Shown: one piece after another, positions 57,527 to 64,000 of the stretch | How positions within the stretch are numbered: position 1 is the stretch's first letter | Layout of the letters: the number at the start of each line of letters is the position of its first letter | DNA from: an uncultured Planctomycetota bacterium | GTDB taxonomy: Bacteria > Planctomycetota > Phycisphaerae > Tepidisphaerales > Tepidisphaeraceae | Reading direction: 5' to 3' | Assembly (NCBI GenBank): GCA_963841915.1 | Contig: CAWJEN010000006.1 | Location: 608,001 to 672,000, forward strand | DNA length: 64,000 nucleotides | Notes under the pieces: generated by a model | The model's input: the letters and a program-made list of their open reading frames with translations, nothing else | What the model was told of the DNA's origin: nothing | Databases searched by the model: none | Position numbers and translations under genes: made by a program

Positions 57527-58690
57527 ATGCCGGCCGGAAGTCAGCTCGAAACCTTCGACCGGTACAAACGCCAAGGCCTCGACGCCCGCCGGGCCGGACG
57601 GTGGGCGGCGGCGAGAACGTATCTGCTCAATGCAGCACGCGTGATGACCGATCTGGCCCGCGAGGCCAAGACAGACGGGCTGCGCGACGCACGGCAGCAA
57701 GTCGCCGAGCGGTTGCTGGAGCTCGCCCGTGACTGCAAGGAGGCCGACGACCAGAAGCGGCCGGCGGGCAAAACGTCGCCTTCAAAGCCGCAACAGTCCG
57801 TCGGCCGCGAAGGAGCCGACGACAAGGCACCCGATGCCGATGCGTGGGCCGTGAAGGAGCGGCCGGACCTGCGGTTCGACGACATCGCCGGCCTCGAAGA
57901 CGTCAAGGACGAGATCCGGCTGAAAATGCTCTATCCGTTCCGGCACCCGGAACTGGCAGAGCGATTCGGCATCAGCCCCGGCGGCGGCGTGCTGCTGTAC
58001 GGGCCGCCGGGGACCGGCAAAACCATGCTCGCCCGCGCGACGGCGGGCGAACTCGACGCGACCTTCTTCACCGTCAGCGCTGCCGACCTCCTCAGCAAAT
58101 GGGTCGGCGAGGCCGAGCAGAACGTCAAAGCCCTCTTCGACGCGGCCACGTCGGCGGAGCGGTCGGTTATCTTCATCGACGAGATCGAATCGCTCGTGCC
58201 GGCCCGCCGCGACGATGCTGGCAGCGGCGTGATGCAACGTGTTGTGCCGCAGCTGTTACAGGGCATGGAGGGCTTTTCGAAGAAGAAGGGCCAGCCTGTC
58301 CTCTTCATGGGAGCGACGAACGTGCCGTGGCAACTCGACCCGGCGGTGCTCAGGCCGGGACGGTTCGACGAAAAGGTCTACGTCGGCCTGCCTGACCTGC
58401 CCGCGCGACGTCGGCTGCTCGACATCCATCTGGGCGATCGACCAGTCGCCGAAGATGTAGATCTCGATGCCTATGCCGAACGGCTCGACGGCTACAGCGG
58501 TGCCGACATCAAGTACCTTTGCGACCGGGCGGCGACGATTCCGTTTCTCGCGGCCGTCGGTGCAGGCGGCGGTGACGACGACGCGACCATCGGCGGCGAC
58601 GTCCTCGAGCAGGTGGTGGCCGCCACACCGCCGAGCGTGCGGCCGGAGGCGATCAGCCGCTTCGACGAATGGCGGCAGCGGCACGGTTAA
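57527..58690 (+). CDS. AAA+ ATPase with N-terminal MIT-like helical bundle (Vps4/CdvC-like architecture)
   Basis: RPDLRFDDIAGLEDVK, LLYGPPGTGKT, SKWVGEAE, IFIDEIESL, GATNVPWQLD, PPSV..FDEW..HG C-terminal helix. Confidence 0.85.
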   Translation: MPAGSQLETFDRYKRQGLDARRAGRWAAARTYLLNAARVMTDLAREAKTDGLRDARQQVAERLLELARDCKEADDQKRPAGKTSPSKPQQSVGREGADDKAPDADAWAVKERPDLRFDDIAGLEDVKDEIRLKMLYPFRHPELAERFGISPGGGVLLYGPPGTGKTMLARATAGELDATFFTVSAADLLSKWVGEAEQNVKALFDAATSAERSVIFIDEIESLVPARRDDAGSGVMQRVVPQLLQGMEGFSKKKGQPVLFMGATNVPWQLDPAVLRPGRFDEKVYVGLPDLPARRRLLDIHLGDRPVAEDVDLDAYAERLDGYSGADIKYLCDRAATIPFLAAVGAGGGDDDATIGGDVLEQVVAATPPSVRPEAISRFDEWRQRHG

Positions 58691-58722
58691 CGCGCATTAG
58701 ACGGCCAAGGTTGTGTCGCTGG

Positions 58723-58842
58723 TCATATCGTCCCGTTGAGCATCGGAAATGCCTCGGTCAGCCCGCCGATCATGAGCTGGACGGCGATCGCCGTCAGGAG
58801 GATACCGAGCAGGCGGCTGCTGATGCTCATGCCAGTCGTGCC
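58723..58842 (-). pseudogene. Orphan 3' end of a MarC-family membrane protein gene
   Basis: GTTGMSISSRLLGILLTAIAVQLMIGGLTEAFPMLNGTI* matches the MarC terminal helix; no upstream body. Confidence 0.75.
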
Positions 58843-58855
58843 TCAGCTATTCTGT

Positions 58856-58884
58856 TTGACGTAATGGTCTATTCGATCTACAGT
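58856..58884 (+). promoter_or_regulatory. Sigma70-type promoter of higBA (leaderless)
   Basis: TTGACG-17 nt-TACAGT, 7 nt before GTG 58892. Confidence 0.7.
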
Positions 58885-58891
58885 CTCGAAA

Positions 58892-59170
58892 GTGATCCGA
58901 AGGTTCCGCTGTCGCGACACGCAGCGGTTGCACGCCGGGCACAGCGTTCGTCGGTTCAAGGCGATCGAGCGAGTCGCGCGGCGAAAGCTCTTGATCCTTG
59001 ATGCCGCGGCTCAGATCAGCGACCTGCGGGTGCCGCCGGGAAACCGTTTGGAGTTGCTTAAAGGGGATCGCGCAGGTCAGCACAGCATCCGCATCAACGG
59101 TCAGTGGCGGATCTGCTTCCGCTGGGAGAGTGGTGACGCACACGATGTCGAAATTGTTGACTACCACTGA
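58892..59170 (+). CDS. higB: HigB (RelE/ParE family) toxin
   Basis: MIRRFRC, DLRVPPGNRLELLKGDRAGQHSIRINGQWRICFRW..VEIVDYH. Confidence 0.94.
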   Translation: MIRRFRCRDTQRLHAGHSVRRFKAIERVARRKLLILDAAAQISDLRVPPGNRLELLKGDRAGQHSIRINGQWRICFRWESGDAHDVEIVDYH

Positions 59171-59174
59171 TCTC

Positions 59175-59492
59175 ATGAAGCCTAACCAAATGCCACAGGA
59201 CGGACCGCTGCCATTGATCCCGCCGGGCGAGGTGCTGGCGGAGGACTTTATGGTTCCACTGGACGTGAGCCAGAACGGTTTGGCACGCGCACTCGATATT
59301 CCGCCGGGCCGGGTCAACGACATCGTCCACGGCCGCCGCTCGATTACGCCGGATACCGCCGTCCGCCTCGCCATCTATTTCGGCACAAGCGTCGACTTTT
59401 GGATCAACCTGCAAGCGCAGCACGACACACGCGTCGCTCGGCGTGATTTGCAACCGGCTATTGCAGAGGTCGTGCGGCCACACGCGGCGTGA
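59175..59492 (+). CDS. higA: HigA antitoxin
   Basis: PGEVLAEDFM..SQNGLA..RVNDIVHGRRSITPDTAVRLA..FWINLQ. Confidence 0.94.
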   Translation: MKPNQMPQDGPLPLIPPGEVLAEDFMVPLDVSQNGLARALDIPPGRVNDIVHGRRSITPDTAVRLAIYFGTSVDFWINLQAQHDTRVARRDLQPAIAEVVRPHAA

Positions 59493-59499
59493 CCTCTTA

Positions 59500-61008
59500 C
59501 TAGCTGCGCGTCGCCCACTCGACCAGCGTCCGCACGCCAAAGCCCGTCGCGCCGCGGTCGTAGGGCGGGCTGGCCTTTTCGGCGTCGGCGGTCGGCGCGA
59601 TGTCGAGGTGGCACCAAGGCACCTCGTCGCCCTCGGTCACGTTCCCCGGCACAAAGTGGTGCAGGAACTCGGCCGCCGTGTCGCAGCCGCCCCAGCGACC
59701 CGGGCTGTTGACCACGTCGGCCACGTTGCTCGACAGCATCTCCCGGTAGTCGTCGCCTAAAGGCATCCGCCACAACCGCTCGCCCGTCGACTTCGAGGCG
59801 TCGTCGAGCGACTGCCACAGCGTTTCGTCATTGCTCCACGCACCGGCCCGCGAGGTGCCAAGAGCCACGACGACCGCACCCGTCAGCGTCGCCAGATCCA
59901 CGCACGCCGACGGCTTGTACGTCTCGATGCCCCAACTCAGAGCATCGGCCAACACCAGTCGTCCTTCGGCGTCGGTGTTGGTGACTTCGACCGTGACGCC
60001 ATTGTGCATGTGCAGGATGTCACCAGGCCTGTAGGCGGTGCCGCTGGGCATGTTTTCTGCCGCGGCAAGGATGCCGACGACAGGACGATCGATCTTGAGC
60101 ATCGCACAGGCTGCCATGAAGCCGAGCACCGCCATGCCGCCGCACTTGTCGAAGACCATCGACTGCATGCCACCCGACGGCTTGATGCTGATGCCACCGG
60201 TGTCGAAGGTGATGGCCTTACCGATCGCCAGCAGCGGGGCGAGCTTGGGCTTCTTGGCCTTCTTCTTGCCACCGGTTGCGACATCGACATTGTGGCCGAA
60301 CACGATCATGCACGGCGGGCTGTCGCTGCCTTTGCCGACGGCGATGAGGCCGCCCATGCCCAACTTGTCGGCCTCCTTCATGTCGACGATCCGGCACGAC
60401 AGGCCTAGCTCTTTGGCCATCGATTTGGCTTCCTTGGCCAGCGAGGGCGGAGCGATGTCGTTGCCGGGCCTGAACGCGATGGTGCGGGCGTAGTTCTGGG
60501 CGAGGCCGATCTTGTAGCCGCGGTCGACGCTCTTCTTGTCGCTCGACAGCACCGTCAGCGTTACGGCTGCCGGTGCGTCACTCTTGGTGGCGGTGCCTTT
60601 GTGCTCGCGGTACTCGAAGGCGCCGATGAGGAAGCCGGTTGCCGTCGCCTCAGCCAGATCATCGGCCGGTGGCAGGAAGGCGACCTTCGTCGCCTTGAAC
60701 CGCTTGACCGCCTTGGCGGCGGCGGCGGCGGCTTTGTGGGTCGACTCGACGTCGATCAGCTTGCCCACGCCCACGGTGATGACGCGTTGCTTGTCGATCA
60801 CGAGCGTCGCGGTTTCGCCTACTTTGCCCAATGCCGAGCCGTCGGCCACGAGTCCTGTGACGGCATCCTGTACGTCGTCGGGCAACATGGCCGCGTCACC
60901 GGCAAAGGTGACCACATCGTCGCCCATCACGAGTGGCACGATCACCGCCGCCGACTTCGGCAGGCTTGTAGCGGCTTTGACTTCAACATTCGTGCTAGTA
61001 GCAAGCAT
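59500..61008 (-). CDS. pepA: Leucyl aminopeptidase (M17)
   Basis: GKAITFDTGGISIK, DKCGG, NTDAEGRLVLADAL, DLATLTGA, HLDIA. Confidence 0.94.
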   Translation of the reverse strand: MLATSTNVEVKAATSLPKSAAVIVPLVMGDDVVTFAGDAAMLPDDVQDAVTGLVADGSALGKVGETATLVIDKQRVITVGVGKLIDVESTHKAAAAAAKAVKRFKATKVAFLPPADDLAEATATGFLIGAFEYREHKGTATKSDAPAAVTLTVLSSDKKSVDRGYKIGLAQNYARTIAFRPGNDIAPPSLAKEAKSMAKELGLSCRIVDMKEADKLGMGGLIAVGKGSDSPPCMIVFGHNVDVATGGKKKAKKPKLAPLLAIGKAITFDTGGISIKPSGGMQSMVFDKCGGMAVLGFMAACAMLKIDRPVVGILAAAENMPSGTAYRPGDILHMHNGVTVEVTNTDAEGRLVLADALSWGIETYKPSACVDLATLTGAVVVALGTSRAGAWSNDETLWQSLDDASKSTGERLWRMPLGDDYREMLSSNVADVVNSPGRWGGCDTAAEFLHHFVPGNVTEGDEVPWCHLDIAPTADAEKASPPYDRGATGFGVRTLVEWATRS

Positions 61009-61061
61009 GGGCTCAGCGTAGCGACCTGTCGCTGAAGCGAGCGATGTACGACACGAGGTTG

Positions 61062-61226
61062 CCCGGAGCCGCGGTCCGGGGGACCGCCGGTCTGACGAGA
61101 CAGAACGCGCTACCTGTGCGTCTTCCCCGAAGTGACTGCGCGATGCGGGTCGTCCCCTGCTGGAAGTGGCGAGCGTGTTGCTTTCTGCATCGTCAGACCG
61201 GCAATCCGTTGGACCGCGGCTCCGGG
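61062..61226. repeat. 165-bp rod-like inverted repeat (REPIN/MITE-like or structured ncRNA)
   Basis: CCCGGAGCCGCGGTCC/GGACCGCGGCTCCGGG (16 bp) plus GCCGGTCTGACGA/TCGTCAGACCGGC (13 bp). Confidence 0.8.
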
Positions 61227-61323
61227 TCGTTTGGCTTCGAACACCGTCACGATCATGTTCTCTCGGAGCTTCGGGCAGAGCGTGTTGCAGACGAGGCGTC
61301 AGCAGCCCGTCTAACCTGCCGTC

Positions 61324-62070
61324 ATGACTGACATAGCCGACAAACCCGTAGCCATCGTCACCGGCGCGTCCCGCGGCATCGGCCGCGGCATCGCCACCAA
61401 GCTCGCCGCCGACGGCATGCATGTCGTCTGTTGCGCCCGCTCTGCCGACAAGCTGGCTGAGCTGGTAAGCGAGATCGAAGCGGCCGGTGGAAGCGGCGAA
61501 GCGCTGGCCATGGACGTCGGCGACGCCGAGAACATCCGGGCCGGTATAGATGCCGTGGCTGACAAGCTCGGGCGGCTCGACGTGCTCGTCAACAACGCCG
61601 GCATCACGCGCGACACGCTGCTGCTCCGCATGGACGACGAGCAGTTCGACGAGGTCATCAAGACGAACCTCAAGAGCGTCTTCGTCGCCACCAAGGCGGC
61701 CGCCCGTTATCTCATGCGGAGCAAGCAAGGCCGCATCATCAACATCGGCTCGGTCAGCGGCGTCATCGGCAACAAGGGCCAGGCCAACTACGCCGCCAGC
61801 AAGTCGGGGTTGCACGGCTTTACCAAGACGGTCGCCCGGGAACTGGCTGCAAAGGCCGTCACGGCCAACGTGATCGCGCCCGGCTTCGTCACGACCGACA
61901 TGACCGACGCGCTACCCGACAAAATTAAGGACGAAGTGGTCAAGCTCATTCCGCTGGCACGATTTGGCCAGGTCGATGACATCGCCGCGGCGGTGGCCTT
62001 CCTCGCCTCCCCGGCGGCAGGTTATGTGACGGGCCAAGTCCTGTGCGTCGACGGCGGCATGGCGATGTAG
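61324..62070 (+). CDS. fabG: 3-oxoacyl-ACP reductase
   Basis: TGASRGIG, NNAGITRD, GQANYAASK, TGQVLCVDGGM. Confidence 0.96.
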   Translation: MTDIADKPVAIVTGASRGIGRGIATKLAADGMHVVCCARSADKLAELVSEIEAAGGSGEALAMDVGDAENIRAGIDAVADKLGRLDVLVNNAGITRDTLLLRMDDEQFDEVIKTNLKSVFVATKAAARYLMRSKQGRIINIGSVSGVIGNKGQANYAASKSGLHGFTKTVARELAAKAVTANVIAPGFVTTDMTDALPDKIKDEVVKLIPLARFGQVDDIAAAVAFLASPAAGYVTGQVLCVDGGMAM

Positions 62071-62221
62071 GTTCGCGCATCGCAATCACTGCTCCTCCGT
62101 GCCTTCTGGTCTCAACCGCCCGGACTGGCCCTTTCGCCGCATCCGGCTATAGTCGCGGCCTCTGCCTGCGACCATTTGGTCGCGCGGCCCCCAGAACGCA
62201 ACCACCCTCCTAGAACACGCC

Positions 62222-62467
62222 ATGGACGAAGCTCAGATTGAGACAAAAGTGACCGAGATCGTCAGCGAGCAGATGGGCCGTGACAAGGCCGAAATCAGCC
62301 GCGAGACGCACTTCATCAACGACCTCAACGCCGACAGTCTCGACACCGTCGAGCTTGTCATGGAGTTCGAGGACGAGTTCGAGTTGTCGATCCCCGACGA
62401 CGCCGCCGAGAAGATCCAGACGGTCGGTCAGGCGATTGACTACATCAAGGAAAACCAGGGCAAGTAA
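62222..62467 (+). CDS. acpP: Acyl carrier protein
   Basis: [20 protein letters not shown]. Confidence 0.97.
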   Translation: MDEAQIETKVTEIVSEQMGRDKAEISRETHFINDLNADSLDTVELVMEFEDEFELSIPDDAAEKIQTVGQAIDYIKENQGK

Positions 62468-62478
62468 GCCCGAGTGCC

Positions 62479-62533
62479 AGGGGCGGTTTGCTGCACGGCG
62501 ACCCATAAGGGGCGTAGGCAGCAAGCCGCCCCT
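62479..62533 (+). other. Intergenic hairpin between acpP and fabF
   Basis: AGGGGCGGTTTGCTGC/GCAGCAAGCCGCCCCT 16-bp stem. Confidence 0.65.
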
Positions 62534-62576
62534 TGCCTTTCAATCATCTATTGCGCTCTCGAGCGAACCATCAGCC

Positions 62577-63830
62577 ATGCGCAGACGCGTCGTCATCACG
62601 GGAATGGGTGTCATCACGCCACTGGGCGAAACCGTCGACGCGTTGTGGGACAACGTGCTTGCCGGTAAGAGCGGCATCGGGCCCATCACCCGGTGGGACG
62701 CCAGCGAATTTACTACCCGCATCGGCGGTGAATGCTCCGGGTTTGATCCCGGTGCGCACGGCATCGACAAACTGCAGGCCAAGCGGCTTGACCGCTTCGC
62801 CCAGTTCGCAATCGCTGCCAGTAAGGAAGCCGTTGAAGACAGCGGCCTTGATTTCAAGGGTGGCGACATCGACGTCGACCGCGTTGGTGTCCTCATCGGT
62901 AGCGGCATCGGTGGCATCGAAACGCTCGAAGAGCAGGCGCGGATCCTGGTCGCCAAGGGCCCGAGTCGCATGAGCCCGTTCACGGTGCCGCGGCTGATGG
63001 TCAACGCCGCCAGCGGGAACGTGTCGATTCTGTACGGCCTTCGCGGACCCACGACAGCCGTCGTGACCGCATGTGCGACGGCCGGTAATGCGATCGGCGA
63101 TGCGGTCAACTTCATCCGCAACGGCCAGGCCGACGCGATGATTGCCGGTGGCAGCGAGGCAGCTTTGTCGCCGCTGGGCATGGGCAGCTTTTGTGCCGCC
63201 CGGGCCATGACGACACGGAACGACGACCCGGAGCACGCCAGTCGGCCGTGGGACAAAGGCCGGGACGGCTTTGTCATGGGCGAAGGCGCGGGCGTTGTCG
63301 TGCTCGAGGAGTACGAAGCGGCCAAGAAACGCGGCGCGACGATTTATGCGGAAGTTGCCGGCTACGGCATGACGGCCGACGCGTACCACATCACTGCCAC
63401 CATCGAGGACGGCAGCGGCCCGAGCAAGGCAATGAACCTCGCCCTCGCCGACGGCAATACCGCGCCTGAAGACGTCCAATACCTCAACGCCCACGGCACG
63501 AGCACGCCCATCGGTGACCCGGCCGAGACCAAGGCCGTCAAGATCAGCTTCGGCGACCACGCCAAGAAGCTCATGCTCTCGAGTACGAAGTCGATGCTCG
63601 GTCACAGCCTCGGTGCGACCGGCGGTGTCGAGACGATCCTGACCGCGCTCACGCTCAAGCACGGCATCATTCCGCCGACGATCAACCTCGAGGAGCCAGA
63701 TATCGAGGCCGGTTGCGACCTCGATTACTGCCCCAAGACCGCGCGAGAGACGCCTGTGAAGAAGGCCCTCAACAACTCCTTCGGCTTCGGCGGCCACAAC
63801 GCGTCGCTCTTGCTGGCCAAGGTCGATTGA
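62577..63830 (+). CDS. fabF: Beta-ketoacyl-ACP synthase II
   Basis: RRVVITGMG, TACATAG, NAHGTST, KSMLGHSLGA, NSFGFGGHN. Confidence 0.96.
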   Translation: MRRRVVITGMGVITPLGETVDALWDNVLAGKSGIGPITRWDASEFTTRIGGECSGFDPGAHGIDKLQAKRLDRFAQFAIAASKEAVEDSGLDFKGGDIDVDRVGVLIGSGIGGIETLEEQARILVAKGPSRMSPFTVPRLMVNAASGNVSILYGLRGPTTAVVTACATAGNAIGDAVNFIRNGQADAMIAGGSEAALSPLGMGSFCAARAMTTRNDDPEHASRPWDKGRDGFVMGEGAGVVVLEEYEAAKKRGATIYAEVAGYGMTADAYHITATIEDGSGPSKAMNLALADGNTAPEDVQYLNAHGTSTPIGDPAETKAVKISFGDHAKKLMLSSTKSMLGHSLGATGGVETILTALTLKHGIIPPTINLEEPDIEAGCDLDYCPKTARETPVKKALNNSFGFGGHNASLLLAKVD

Positions 63831-63892
63831 CGATGATGAAGACGGGGCCGCACGGATGCGGACCCGACAAGACTGCTGACACGGAAGTCGCT

Positions 63893-64000
63893 ATGCCCGT
63901 CCTGCCCACCGATCACACAAATGGCGAGACGCAGGACGTCTCACGCATCCTGAAGCTCGAGGTGCCCGTCATCGTTCGCCTGGCCAGACGGCAGTTGCCG
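63893..64000 (+). CDS. FliM/FliN (SpoA) C-terminal domain protein, 3' truncated by window edge
   Basis: MPVLPTDHTNGETQDVSRILKLEVPVIVRLARRQLP. Confidence 0.6.
   Translation, partial: MPVLPTDHTNGETQDVSRILKLEVPVIVRLARRQLP

Noticed and set aside
59500..61815. 771-aa extended PepA
   Set aside because: The extension is the antisense shadow of fabG plus intergenic DNA; a TACGCT-6 nt-ATG start exists at 61008

Overview
GC-rich bacterial chromosomal window. It is most likely Planctomycetota (Phycisphaerae/Tepidisphaerales-like), inferred from a LEPR-XLL signal motif, a prepilin/H-X9-DG-type protein, an ECF sigma factor with a long C-terminal extension, an HTH_17-REC regulator and a PEP-CTERM protein. 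Most of it is scattered housekeeping genes: pstAB, gltD, nadA, nuoB, nuoA, nusB, ribH, aroB, lpxI, ptsN, yebC, hisG, rbfA, greA, atpC, pepA and fabG-acpP-fabF, plus three tRNAs (Ala-CGC, Ile2-CAT, Thr-TGT). Six things stand out. (1) A 12-kb glycan-utilisation locus (9749-21766) whose transcription units share a palindromic TGNRCCC-N5-GGGYACA operator and include a prepilin-like protein. (2) A stand-alone MIT+AAA ATPase with Vps4/CdvC architecture. (3) A TANNNT -10 box 5-8 nt before the start codon of about 20 genes, suggesting pervasive leaderless transcription. (4) Two perfect parS-type palindromes. (5) A BshC-like ligase gene paired with a GT2 gene. (6) A 5-kb accessory patch (43614-48546) of REP/REPIN-like hairpins, 7/21-bp periodic tracts, a 218-bp tandem array, pseudogenes and orphan 3' gene ends. 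All family calls come from motif recognition by eye; no database searches were run.
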